Below, piece after piece: positions 1 through 9,946 of a DNA stretch of 64,000 nucleotides. The stretch comes from Candidatus Latescibacterota bacterium (GTDB taxonomy: Bacteria > Latescibacterota > UBA2968 > UBA8231): positions 3,488,001 to 3,552,000 of the forward strand of contig OZ242318.1 in assembly GCA_965208105.1 (NCBI GenBank), given 5' to 3'. The position numbers and the translations under genes are program-made. How positions within the stretch are numbered: the first letter of the stretch is position 1; the number at the start of each line of letters is the position of its first letter. Under the pieces are notes generated by a model. The model saw nothing but the letters and a program-made list of their open reading frames with translations, had not been told where the DNA came from and searched no databases.

Positions 1-2
1 TG

Positions 3-299
3 GCGCCCTATCCCACCGAGCTCGGCGTCACCGGTGCGGCCGGCAGCGTGCTGCTGCTGGACAGCCGCCTGTGGCACGCCACGGCGCCCAACCGGGCGCG
101 GGAGCCCCGGGTGTCCGTGGTGGTGCGCTACGCTCCCTGGTGGCTCAACCTGGAGGTCCTGCGGCCCGGCTCGGATGAGCGCAGGCGCATGGTGGACGAG
201 ACCGGCGCGACAGAGAACGAGGTGCCCTCCCTGCCGGCGCAGGTCTTCGCCGAGCTTCCGTCAGCGGTGAAGCCGCTGCTGCGCCACTGGGTCGAGTGA
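3..299 (+). CDS. Phytanoyl-CoA dioxygenase (PhyH) family protein, C-terminal part (5' truncated by window)
   Basis: GAAGSVLLLDSRLWHATAPN..PR carries the distal His and Arg motif of PhyH-type Fe/2OG dioxygenases. Confidence 0.75.
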   Translation, partial: APYPTELGVTGAAGSVLLLDSRLWHATAPNRAREPRVSVVVRYAPWWLNLEVLRPGSDERRRMVDETGATENEVPSLPAQVFAELPSAVKPLLRHWVE

Positions 300-496
300 G
301 GGGTTACCCGGGGGAAGGACTGGAGCTGCCTCTCTGTACCCGGGGCTGAAGGCCCGAAGTCCAGGAGGAAGTATGTTCGGGCGGCGGACAGGAGATTCGG
401 CCGGGAGACCAATCGCCCGCCGCCTCGGCCCGGCCGCGGCGGATGGTGCAAGCAGAAGGGCGGGAGGACGAGCGGGGCGGGCTTTCCAACCGCCGG

Positions 497-2677
497 CTAT
501 TGCGGCATCTGGACGGGACCGGTCACGGTTGCATAGATGGGGCTGGACCAGGCCTTGCCTCCATCCACCTGCAACACCCGCACCCAGTAGGGATGGCAGC
601 CCGGAGGGAGCCCGGGCTCGGCAAAGGAAAGCTCCACATCAAGGCCCAGGTCCATGGGCAGGTACTCGAACACCACCTTCATGTCGATGCGCCCCGCGTT
701 GAGCTCCACCGGCCCGGCCTCCAGCTCTTCCAGGGCCAGCGAGTGGCGCAGGACCAGGGACTCGAAGCGCAGCACCGCACCGGCACCGGCTTCCAGGGTC
801 AGCACCACCCCGTCGGCGTCTCCGGTGGTCACCGACTTCCACGACACGGAGCGCTCTTCCACGGCGCAAACGCCCTCGCCGGCGGAGTCGAAGGCGTAGC
901 CCTCGGCGGCGACGATCCTTCCCCCCTCGATTTCGATGCAGCCGTCCCAGTCGACCAGGCGGTTGCGCCCGCGGATCCGCTGCCCCGACCAGGCCACCCT
1001 GACCCGATCGCGGCTGCGCCCGGTCTTCTCCGGGAAGGAGTGGACCAGTTCGAGGCCGCGGAACAGGTCCACCCGCTCGACGGGGGCGGTGCCGGCCACC
1101 TTGAGGGCTATTGCGGGGGGAGCTTCGGTGCTGTACTCCGCACCCATGGGATGTCCGTCCGCCCACACCTCCAGCAGGATGCGCTGCCCGCTGGTGGCGT
1201 AACAGCGCCGCGCCTTCAGCGCCTCCCACAGGTCCCGGCGGGTCAGCCCCCCGGCATAGACACAGGTCAGTCCCCCGTACACCCCGAAGGACCCGCTGCC
1301 CGGGTGGGCCGCCCCGGGGCGTCCCTTGTGGTCGTCGCTGCCGGCCACGAAGCCGACCCGGTAGCCGCGCTCCATGGCCTCGCGCAGGAACCACTCGAAT
1401 TCGCCCCACCCCGAGTAGACCTCGATCAGCGGCTCCAACTCGGGAGAATGCCAGCGCAGATCGGCATAGCGTCCTCCCACGTGCGGCACCAGCAGAGCGT
1501 CGCTTCCCGCCAGGGCGGCATGGAGGTCCTCGACGTGGATGCAGTCGGCGCCGGCGTCCGACTTGTCCTCGATGAGGACGTGGCTCGAGCGCCGCAGCGG
1601 CCCGTCGTCCCCGGGGAAGTAGACATTGCGGTCGCCCCCCAGGGGGGTGTTGCCCGACCATTCATAGCCCACGAAGGCGACGAAGCGCCCGGGATCATCC
1701 TGGAGGTTGGCCTGGCGGCGGATCTCGTCCCAGACCCGGGAGGTGATCTGGAAGTCGTTGCCCTGGTGCCCGGCGAAGTCGATCATGGCCTTTTCCCGGG
1801 CGAAGCGGAAATAGGAGGAGACCGGGTTGGTGCCCACCGTCTCTTCGCTCTGCCCGTGCAGGTCTCCCCAGAAGGGGCGGCGGGCGGCGCGGGCCTGGAC
1901 GCAGCGCAGGGGATTGCCCACCCCCTCCAGGCCGTTCACCTCGTCGGCGGCGGCGACCCGGTAGACTCCGGGGCCCGGGGCCCTCACCCCCTCGAACCGG
2001 CGGACTCCCCGGTGGCTCGCGTCGAAGCTGCAGGCGGGGGGCAATCCGGCCAGTCCGCCAGCGTCGATGCGCACCTCCCCCCTGTAGCCGCTGCAGGGAT
2101 TGCCCCACAGGTCCTCCGCCTTGATACCCACCCACGCCTCTTCGGAGACCGTGGTCTCGGAGGGGCCCAGCACCACGAGGCGGGTGGCTTCTGCGCTCAC
2201 GACCGGGACCCTGGGCGACGGCACCTCGGTGTAGACCCAGGTGCCGCACCAGTCCACGGCCACGCGAAACTCGAAGGCGTCCTGGCAGAAGGTCTGGGCC
2301 CGGATACCGGCGCTGCCGCCCCCGGTATCTCCCAGGGTGAGGGCGATGGTGTCACCCTCGGCGAGGGAGTCGTCGCGCACGTCGATGGTCACGCACAGGC
2401 GCCAGGGCCGCAGGTAGCGCTGCTTCTCGAAGCGCGCCCTCAGCCGGGCCCCGGCGCTGGTGCAGACGCTGGCGTAGTGGGGCGCCCGGGGGTCGTCGAA
2501 CTGGGGGGCGGCCCAGTCGCTCACGTCGCGCCAGGCGATCTTGACGGCGCCGCCGTCGTCGACGCCGTAGCGGCCGGCGTGGTAGGTGATGCGCCAGGTG
2601 CCCGTGGAGCCGGCCACAACCGGTCCGTCGGGGTCAATCCCGGCCCAGCCGTAGAGTTGGCGGATCTCTTCGCTCAT
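497..2677 (-). CDS. DUF3604-type / PHP-like metallohydrolase domain protein
   Basis: Start chosen at MSEEIRQ; motifs FWGDLHGQS, GYEWS, PHVGG, GFVAGSDDH and RRCYATSG. Confidence 0.75.
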   Translation of the reverse strand: MSEEIRQLYGWAGIDPDGPVVAGSTGTWRITYHAGRYGVDDGGAVKIAWRDVSDWAAPQFDDPRAPHYASVCTSAGARLRARFEKQRYLRPWRLCVTIDVRDDSLAEGDTIALTLGDTGGGSAGIRAQTFCQDAFEFRVAVDWCGTWVYTEVPSPRVPVVSAEATRLVVLGPSETTVSEEAWVGIKAEDLWGNPCSGYRGEVRIDAGGLAGLPPACSFDASHRGVRRFEGVRAPGPGVYRVAAADEVNGLEGVGNPLRCVQARAARRPFWGDLHGQSEETVGTNPVSSYFRFAREKAMIDFAGHQGNDFQITSRVWDEIRRQANLQDDPGRFVAFVGYEWSGNTPLGGDRNVYFPGDDGPLRRSSHVLIEDKSDAGADCIHVEDLHAALAGSDALLVPHVGGRYADLRWHSPELEPLIEVYSGWGEFEWFLREAMERGYRVGFVAGSDDHKGRPGAAHPGSGSFGVYGGLTCVYAGGLTRRDLWEALKARRCYATSGQRILLEVWADGHPMGAEYSTEAPPAIALKVAGTAPVERVDLFRGLELVHSFPEKTGRSRDRVRVAWSGQRIRGRNRLVDWDGCIEIEGGRIVAAEGYAFDSAGEGVCAVEERSVSWKSVTTGDADGVVLTLEAGAGAVLRFESLVLRHSLALEELEAGPVELNAGRIDMKVVFEYLPMDLGLDVELSFAEPGLPPGCHPYWVRVLQVDGGKAWSSPIYATVTGPVQMPQ

Positions 2678-3193
2678 GGTCTTTTCCCTGGCCGCGCCCG
2701 GGAAGCTCCGGGTGGGTTGCCGGCGGCCTTGGGGGGTACGGTCCGGGGCCTTTACTGCCGTCCCCATCAGCGCCCGGGATGGTACCGCTGGCAGGGTGCC
2801 TTTCGCAAAAGGGCCCTTAAGCTATTTTGCGAGGCTGAAGATGTCAAAGCCCGGCTGGAACCCCGCGTTAGCGCGCCGCGTGTCAGAATTTCCCGGCACC
2901 CGGCGCGTCGCTGAAGTAGCTTCTCCCTCACCCCGCGCAGGAATCCCGGGTGGGTGGCGGCCCGGGCGCCGGTTTCGCGGGCGCCTGCCCTCGAGGCGGC
3001 CAACGCGTCCCTGAAGAAGCTATTCCAGCCAACCGGCGCAGGAATCCCAGGTCGGTTGCGGACCGCCCGCCCTTGAGTGGCCGGGGAGGGTGGGATAGTT
3101 TATTGATCGAAGACCGTTTCACTGATTCCTTCGGGTCCCTCGGGTCGGGGATATTCGCGGCTTCAACCGCCCGGGTTCCACCTGCGGAGAGGT

Positions 3194-4192
3194 ATGGAAA
3201 TGAGCGACAGCGAGCGATTTCTGGTGACCGGCGCCCTGGGCTGCGTCGGCGCCTGGGCCGTGCGCCGGCTGGTGCGCGAGGAAGTGCCGGTGTGGACCTA
3301 CGACCTCGGCGGCGACCCCTACCGCCTGCGCGCGATCATGGCCGACGAGGAGCTGGCCGCCGTGCGGTTTCTCAGCGGCGACATCGCCGACCTCGAGGCA
3401 TTCGAGCGGGCGGTCGCCGACTGCGGCATCACCCACATACTGCATCTGGCGGCCATGCAGGTGCCGCTGGTGCGCGCCGATCCGCTGCGCGGGGCCACGG
3501 TGAACCTGGTGGGCACCACCGCGGTCTTCGAGGCGGCCAGGCGCCACCGGGAGCAGGTGCGCAACCTGGTCTTCGCCAGCTCGTTCGGAGTCTACGGCGA
3601 TCCGGAGGCCTACCCGCCGGGACCCCTGGCGCATGACGCGCCGCTTCTGCCTCCGACCCTTTACGGAGTGTTCAAGCAGTGCAACGAGGGCACCGCCCAG
3701 GTCTACTGGCGCGAGAACTCGGTCTACAGCACCGGCCTGCGCCCCTGCGTGGTCTACGGGCCCGGGCGCGACCAGGGCTGGACCTCCACGCCCACCAAGG
3801 CCATGCTGGCCGCCGCCGTCGGCCGCCCCTACGAGATCACCTACGGCGGCACCCTGATCTATCACCACGCCGACGACGTGGCGGGCGCCTTCATCGCCGC
3901 CGCCCGCACGAGGATGGAGGGTGCCCCGGTCTACAACCTGGGCGGCAGCACGGTGTCCATGGAGCAGATCGTCGAAGCCATCGCCGAAGTCGTGCCCGAA
4001 TCGGCGGGCAGGATCAGCTTCGATCCGACTCCGCTGCCCCATCCCTCCAGCGCCGACGACAGCGCCTTGAACGAGGCCCTGGGTCCGGTTCCCTACCGCT
4101 CCCTGGCCGCGGGGGTCGGCGACACCGTCGAGGTCTTCCGCCGCGCCCTCGACGCCGGCCGCCTCGACCTCGAGCGCGCCCTGCGGCCCTAG
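3194..4192 (+). CDS. NAD-dependent epimerase/dehydratase (extended SDR)
   Basis: LVTGALGCVG Rossmann motif, HLAA, YGVFK (YxxxK), VYGPG. Confidence 0.9.
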   Translation: MEMSDSERFLVTGALGCVGAWAVRRLVREEVPVWTYDLGGDPYRLRAIMADEELAAVRFLSGDIADLEAFERAVADCGITHILHLAAMQVPLVRADPLRGATVNLVGTTAVFEAARRHREQVRNLVFASSFGVYGDPEAYPPGPLAHDAPLLPPTLYGVFKQCNEGTAQVYWRENSVYSTGLRPCVVYGPGRDQGWTSTPTKAMLAAAVGRPYEITYGGTLIYHHADDVAGAFIAAARTRMEGAPVYNLGGSTVSMEQIVEAIAEVVPESAGRISFDPTPLPHPSSADDSALNEALGPVPYRSLAAGVGDTVEVFRRALDAGRLDLERALRP

Positions 4193-4309
4193 CATCCGTT
4201 GAAAACGTCCATCCGGGCTGCTAGCCGGATTTCAAGCCGGAGTCCGGCGCGGTTTCCGCCCACCCTGGCAGGGCAGCTCTCGCGAGAATTTCGAACCCGT
4301 AATTCGATG

Positions 4310-5299
4310 CTAGAAGGTGACGACGGATCCGGTGTCGAGGGAGCGCACCGCCGCGTCGATCCACTGGATGGTCTTCAGGTTGACCTCGATGGCTGTGGGC
4401 GTGGTTTTGCCGGTGGTGATGGAGGAATACAGGGCCATGTAGGGGTCACGGATATCCGGGTCTAGGTCCTCGGCCGGTCCAAAGATCCTGGGCTCCTCTC
4501 CCTCGGACAGTACTTCGATCCGGCCGCGGCCGGGCAGCAGTTGCAGGGCCGCCTCGGCGCACTCGACGCGAATGCTCCAGTCGTTGTTCTGCGAGTCGAA
4601 GGTGACCAGGAGGTGGGCCTGGACCCCATTGCCGAACTCGGTGAGGACGTTGGTCATGGTGTCGCTGTTGTAGTTGGAATGGGCGGGCTTCATGCCCAGG
4701 GCATAGACGCTCCTGAGGTCGGGGTGGCCGAGGATGGCGAGGATCGAGTCGAGGGAGTGGACGCCCTGCTCCCACAGCGCCGGGTATTTGCCGGTGAAGG
4801 CCCGCATCACTGGCCGGTGGCGGTGGTGGGCGTACATCAGGAGGTAGGGATCGCCGTAATCGCCGCTCTGCACCAGGCGCTGGAGCTGGCGCTCCAGCAG
4901 GCCGTACTGGTACTGGTTGCCGATCACCACCGCCCTGCCCCGGCGCTTGGCGAGGGCGGCCAGCTCCTGCGCCTCGGAGTAGCTGTAGGTCAGGGGCTTC
5001 TCCACCCAGACGTGCTTGCCCGCCTCCAGCGCCTCCCTGACGAGGGCGGCGTGGTAGCGCGCCGGGGTCACGACGACCACGACCTCCGCCTCCGGCTGCG
5101 CCGCCAGGGCCGCGCTCAACTCCCCGTAGGCGGCGATCTCCTGCAGTCCATGGGTTTCCCGGGCCTGGGTCAGGTATGCCTCGACCACGTCCACCAGCGC
5201 CAGGGGCTCGAAGCGGTCGGCGTGGCCGGCGAGCAGGTCGCCGAGTATCTGAGCTCCCCGATTGCCGACGCCGACTTGTATGAACGGAAATTTCTCCAC
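4310..5299 (-). CDS. Gfo/Idh/MocA family oxidoreductase
   Basis: VGVGNRG, GKHVWVEKP, EQGVHSLD. Confidence 0.9.
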   Translation of the reverse strand: MEKFPFIQVGVGNRGAQILGDLLAGHADRFEPLALVDVVEAYLTQARETHGLQEIAAYGELSAALAAQPEAEVVVVVTPARYHAALVREALEAGKHVWVEKPLTYSYSEAQELAALAKRRGRAVVIGNQYQYGLLERQLQRLVQSGDYGDPYLLMYAHHRHRPVMRAFTGKYPALWEQGVHSLDSILAILGHPDLRSVYALGMKPAHSNYNSDTMTNVLTEFGNGVQAHLLVTFDSQNNDWSIRVECAEAALQLLPGRGRIEVLSEGEEPRIFGPAEDLDPDIRDPYMALYSSITTGKTTPTAIEVNLKTIQWIDAAVRSLDTGSVVTF

Positions 5300-5358
5300 G
5301 GAATCTATTCCTCCATCGGTTGAGTGGTCGCGATTGTCAAATTTTATTATAACATGCT

Positions 5359-6462
5359 GTGATGCACCTTGTCAGCAGGAACAGGGCTCAGGTCGAGCCA
5401 GGAAGAGAAAATAAAGTGGAAAACCAGGGGAATTTGGCAAACCCAGGGAGAGAGTTATCCAGCGCAGCAGAGAGGAAGGTCGTCTTCGCCGATGCCGGCC
5501 CGGAGGTCGACCTGATGTTCTCGGGTGAGCGCAGGCGCCGCATGGAGAAACTGGGAGAATTCAGCATCCACTACGGCGATCCGGAGGGCGCCGCGGACTA
5601 CCTGCAACGGGTGCGGGGCGCCCACGCCATAATGATCGGGGGTCCCGCGGATTTCCCCTCCGAGGCCTTGCGCCAGGCGGAGGACCTGGAGGTCCTATCC
5701 TTCACCGGCCGCGGGGTGGCGACCTACGTAGACCTGGACGTGGCCGCCTCCATGGGGGTCACGGTGTGCATCTCGCCCGGAGCCGCCGAATCGACGGTGG
5801 CCGAGCACGCGGTGGCGCTGATGCTGGCCTGCGCCCGCCACATCCCCTTCCTCGACCGCGATGTCCGTGCCGGCGGCTGGAATCACGCCCTGCCGGCCAT
5901 CGAGCTCCAGGACAAGGACCTGGGCCTGTTGGGCTGCGGCCCGGTCGCGCTCCAATTCGCCAGGCTGGCGCGGGGGCTGGGCATGAGAGTCCGCGCCTGG
6001 ACGCGGAATCCCAGCCCGGAGCGGGCCAGCCGCCTGGGTCTCGAGCTGGTGTCGCTGGATGAGATCCTCGAGGAGAGCCACGTGCTCTCCATGCATCTGG
6101 CCCACACCCCCGAAACCGAGGGATTCCTCGGCGCCCGGGAATTGAGCCGCACCAGGAAAGGGGTGATCGTGCTGAATACCGGGCGGGGCGCACTGGTCGA
6201 CTCCGCCGCCCTGGCGGAGCTGCTGCGGTCGGGCCACATCGCTTCCGCGGGGCTCGACGTCCTGCCCCAGGAACCGCCTCCTGCCGACGATCCCCTGCTG
6301 CAGCTCGACAACGTGGTGCTGTCGCCGCACGTGGCCTGGAACACCCCGGAAGCAACCGAGAGGCTCTACGACATCGCCGTCGACAACCTGGTGAGCTTCT
6401 ACGGCGGCACCCCGGTGAACGTGGTCGCCGGTCCCGGGAGAGCCGGGGGCAAGTCGGCTTGA
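5359..6462 (+). CDS. D-isomer-specific 2-hydroxyacid dehydrogenase (start uncertain)
   Basis: VAEHAVALML, GLLGCGPV, LNTGRG, GLDV..QEP, SPHVA. Confidence 0.9.
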   Translation: MMHLVSRNRAQVEPGRENKVENQGNLANPGRELSSAAERKVVFADAGPEVDLMFSGERRRRMEKLGEFSIHYGDPEGAADYLQRVRGAHAIMIGGPADFPSEALRQAEDLEVLSFTGRGVATYVDLDVAASMGVTVCISPGAAESTVAEHAVALMLACARHIPFLDRDVRAGGWNHALPAIELQDKDLGLLGCGPVALQFARLARGLGMRVRAWTRNPSPERASRLGLELVSLDEILEESHVLSMHLAHTPETEGFLGARELSRTRKGVIVLNTGRGALVDSAALAELLRSGHIASAGLDVLPQEPPPADDPLLQLDNVVLSPHVAWNTPEATERLYDIAVDNLVSFYGGTPVNVVAGPGRAGGKSA

Positions 6463-6506
6463 CCCGCAATCCCTACCTGATATAGAAAGACAGGCCCAAG
6501 GAGGTT

Positions 6507-6544
6507 GATTGACAAAGTGGCTACTGGTAGCTACCTTGTCAATC
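6507..6544 (+). promoter_or_regulatory. Palindromic TA operator overlapping a TTGACA -35 box
   Basis: GATTGACAA-agtggctactggtagctacc-TTGTCAATC directly upstream of the antitoxin ATG. Confidence 0.7.
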
Positions 6545-6838
6545 ATGCGATCGGTGGGAATCAAGGTACTCAACAACCGGCTGAGCGAATACATCCGGCT
6601 GGCCGCATCCGGGGAAACGGTCCTGGTCACGGACCGGGATCGCGTCGTAGCGGAAATCGGTCCCCCGGGGGCAACAAGAAGCCCGTTCGTCGCCGACGCC
6701 CTGCTGGCGGAAGCGGTGCGTGCCGGGTGGCTGACGCCGCCGGTGCTGCCTGCCGCCGGGGAACCTCCTGCAGCCAAACCGGTGGCGCCGCTGAGGGACC
6801 TGCTCGCTGAACTGGACAGAGATCGAAGCGAACGGTGA
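6545..6838 (+). CDS. Phd/YefM-type antitoxin
   Basis: MRSVGIKVLNNRLSEYIRLAASGETVLVTDRDRVVAEI; overlaps the downstream PIN gene (GTGA). Confidence 0.85.
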   Translation: MRSVGIKVLNNRLSEYIRLAASGETVLVTDRDRVVAEIGPPGATRSPFVADALLAEAVRAGWLTPPVLPAAGEPPAAKPVAPLRDLLAELDRDRSER

Positions 6839-7221
6839 TCTACCTCGATACCTCTGTTGCCCTTGCCCATCTTCTGGCCGAAGACCGGCGTCCCCCTGCT
6901 TCCCTGTGGAACGAGGTCATTGTGGCCAGCCGGTTGATGGAGTACGAAATCTGGAACCGCCTGCACGTTCGTAACCTTGCCGATTCCCACGGCGATACCG
7001 CCCGCGGACTCATCGGACGGATCGCCATGGTGGAGCTTTCACCGCCGGTTCTCGCACGAGCCCTGGAAGCCTTTCCAGTCCCGGTTCGTACGCTGGACGC
7101 CCTGCATCTATCGTCATGCGAGTACTTACGCAGCCAAGGCCAGTCGGTCGAGCTGGCCAGCTACGATAGCCGGATGACGGCCGCCGCCCGTGCAATGGAA
7201 ATCCCTGTCTTCGAGCTGTAA
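6835..7221 (+). CDS. vapC: PIN-domain (VapC) toxin
   Basis: IYLDTS, RTLDALHL, SYD PIN motifs. Confidence 0.9.
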   Translation: MIYLDTSVALAHLLAEDRRPPASLWNEVIVASRLMEYEIWNRLHVRNLADSHGDTARGLIGRIAMVELSPPVLARALEAFPVPVRTLDALHLSSCEYLRSQGQSVELASYDSRMTAAARAMEIPVFEL

Positions 7222-7410
7222 AGGCCGGGGGTGAAGTTCGGACTGCCTCTAAAGAATATACCCTCCGTGGGAATCGTCTAACCCTGGTCGATGACAGCGA
7301 TGGCTCTGTGGAGATCTGGGAGCGTCGCAAATGGAAGAGGGACGAATGTCCCCGGGTGGACTAATTTTGCTGAACTGTTCAAGTGTGTTTTGGAAGCATG
7401 AGGTGCCACC

Positions 7411-8052
7411 ATGAACTTCGATGTCGAAGGTAACCTCGGAGCCTTAGAGCGCTCCGTGTCGTCGCTGGAGCGCGACGGACAACCCGCGCGCGCGGTCACC
7501 CTTTCCCGAGGCTACGCGACCACGGTCGGGGACCTGTGGGACGCGGTTACTGACGGCGAGCGTCTTGCGCGCTGGTTCCTGCCGGTCAGCGGCGAGCTCG
7601 AGCTCGGCGGCCGCTATCAGTTGGAGGGCAATGCCGGCGGCGTGATCACCGCGTGCGAACGGCGGTCCCACCTGGCGATCACCTGGGAGTTCGGCGGGGA
7701 CCTCAGCTGGGTGGAGATTGAATTCTCGGAGGATGGAACCGGCCGCGCGCGGCTGGCACTCACACATACCGCGCAGCTCTCGGAGCACTGGGACGAGTAC
7801 GGACCGGGTGCGGCCGGCGTCGGCTGGGAGCTGGGTCTACTGGGACTCGCGCTCCATCTCGATCAACCGGACGAGCCCAAGCCGGACGAAGCCGCTTTTG
7901 CCGCCTCACCGAAAGGCAAGGCGTTCATCGCGGGCAGCAGCGAGGCCTGGGGGCAAGCGGCGGTCGCGGCCGGCACGCACCCCGACGCCGCCCGCGCAGC
8001 GGCAAGGCGCACCACGGCGTTCTACACCGGTGAACCGGCCGGTCCTGCCTAA
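7411..8052 (+). CDS. SRPBCC/AHSA1-like domain protein
   Basis: DLWDAVTDGERLARWF...GVGWEL. Confidence 0.8.
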   Translation: MNFDVEGNLGALERSVSSLERDGQPARAVTLSRGYATTVGDLWDAVTDGERLARWFLPVSGELELGGRYQLEGNAGGVITACERRSHLAITWEFGGDLSWVEIEFSEDGTGRARLALTHTAQLSEHWDEYGPGAAGVGWELGLLGLALHLDQPDEPKPDEAAFAASPKGKAFIAGSSEAWGQAAVAAGTHPDAARAAARRTTAFYTGEPAGPA

Positions 8053-8164
8053 ACCGGGAGAGATTCCGGAAACTTCCGATAGGTTTTATGATATTGACGC
8101 CGACCCTTCGGTGACCTTCTGCAGCCGCACGTCTGAGCAGATCGCTTCTGCTCAGGGAAGCAAT

Positions 8165-8984
8165 CAGGAGTTTTGCCATTCAGGTGAATTCCACCTCTGT
8201 CGATATCGGCGAGAAATTCTCGGAATGGTGGCCGTAGCGTCTTCCCAAAATTGGCTATCACGGTAACGGTGACTCCTTCCGAATCTGGATGTCCGACAAC
8301 CGACGTAAAGGCATAGAGATAGAGCTTGAATTCCGCAGCAGGGGTTTTCAGTGGTTTTTCTCGTTTTATCTTGTCTTTCTTGTCGAATCTGGAGGCAGGC
8401 ATAAGGATGCAATCCTTCTCATCGACGAACCCGGCTTGCACCTACATCCAATGGCTCAGCAGAAGTTAATCCGCGTTCTTGATGGGAACTTGCTTGAAAC
8501 TGCGTCTCAGATTCTGGAGGAGATTGGTCAAGAACAAGTGGCCGCGTTCGGCCTTGACGATTTGATAGTTGTCGATCTTATCCACCGTGATCAGCCTGTT
8601 TCCGACGACCTTAAACCGCGGATTATACATTTGCTGGAAAAGGGGATTATCGAGCGCGTGGGACGCGGGCGAGGCGTGCGGCTGCTACTGTCCCGACAGT
8701 TCTACCGGCACATCGGTCAGGCAGGGGTTTATACGCGCAAGCGAGGATTGGACCGCGAGACGAACAAGGAGTTGCTTCTAAAGCACATTCAGGATAACCG
8801 GAAAGAAGGGAGTCAGTTGCGGGAACTCGTTCAGGTGTTGCCAGCCCTCAAGTACGTCCAAGTTCAGAAATTACTTCAAGAGTTGAGGATTAAGGGACAG
8901 ATCCACAAAGTAGGAAATACTAGTGCTGCTCGCTGGTATCCAGGGGGACCACCGTCTGGGATTATGCCTAAAAATAAATTATAG
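8165..8984 (+). pseudogene. Chimeric remnant: ABC/OLD-type ATPase fragment fused to the C-terminal wHTH region of an AlbA_2/ATP-binding regulator-like protein
   Basis: Frame reads FSEWWP*RLPKIGYHG..SRGFQWFFSF..ILLIDEPGLHLHP, with an in-frame TAG at 8235-8237 and a Walker B but no Walker A; it then switches to IIERVGRGRG..GLDRETNKELLLKHI; visibly lower GC. Confidence 0.6.
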
Positions 8985-9203
8985 GCCAAAAAGCATAAGT
9001 TTGGCATAACTTGGCGTTAATTAGTTTTTAACCATCTGTTTTTCCTAAGGGTTTTTCTTCATTATTTTCTGACCAAATAGTGAATCCACAGTGAAGGTGG
9101 TAATTCTTTGCCTCAGTTAGCATGGCCGGGCGGATGATGAATCATCCCCTTCCCAGGGCCCTTTGGCGCGGGTCCCCGCCGTGCGTCAGACCCCGCGGAT
9201 CGA

Positions 9204-9761
9204 TCACCCGAGATAGTGACGCCGGGTGGTTCCCTCTTCCCCAGCCCTTGGACGCTCTTCGATCAGGTCTTCGGCTGCCGCGGTGTGAAAGGAAACGACA
9301 ACCCAGTCCTCGTTTCCCATCACCCCTTGATGCCACACCCCCGCCGGGATCGAGATCCAGCGGTCCTTCAGGGGCGCATCCCGACGACTCACCAAATGGT
9401 TCGAGATCCACCTTTCTGCGAGCTTAGTCTGCAAGTCGCCCGATCCTCGGTAGGACATCATCCTCTGAATGCTGTCGGGATGGCGCTCGGCTCCCGATAC
9501 CGTGTTCCCCCGCAGCGCGAACACCCAGCTCGAGCGGATTCCCGGCGGCAGCCTTGCGCCGTAGAGGGACAGGTCGATGGATTGATAGACGAGATCCGGG
9601 GAGCGGCCGGCGGCAAGGCTCGCTTTCAGTCTGTCGGCAATCGCATCCAGCTCTTGCCGCACCGATGCCTGCTGCACCAGACTGTCGAGGCATTCCAGCA
9701 CCTGCGTTTCGCTTTCCAAGACACTCTCCCCGTATTCAGTCTCCGCAGACCAGTTCAACAT
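9204..9761 (-). CDS. Hypothetical protein, possible cupin-like fold
   Basis: 185-aa ORF with ERHP and SIPAGVWHQ motifs. Confidence 0.55.
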   Translation of the reverse strand: MLNWSAETEYGESVLESETQVLECLDSLVQQASVRQELDAIADRLKASLAAGRSPDLVYQSIDLSLYGARLPPGIRSSWVFALRGNTVSGAERHPDSIQRMMSYRGSGDLQTKLAERWISNHLVSRRDAPLKDRWISIPAGVWHQGVMGNEDWVVVSFHTAAAEDLIEERPRAGEEGTTRRHYLG

Positions 9762-9946
9762 CCTTCCGCGTCCTCCCGCTGCCGCCGATGGAAGGGTCGC
9801 CGACTGACCTCGATCCTGGGTTTGCTCACGCGCTTTGACGGATCAACTAACGGTGCCTTATTTTCCTGTTGGATTCCTCGCCGGGGTCGGAGAGGGCCAC
9901 GGCGACATCACCTTGTGCGATTCCAACATTATCGAGGTCGAACCCC

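Noticed and set aside
443-2914. 823-aa plus-strand ORF and other long antisense ORFs (34064-37006, 25306-26928, 42102-43964, 57140-58816, 18841-20487)
   Set aside because: Shadow ORFs opposite well-supported genes, expected in high-GC DNA; no recognisable motifs.
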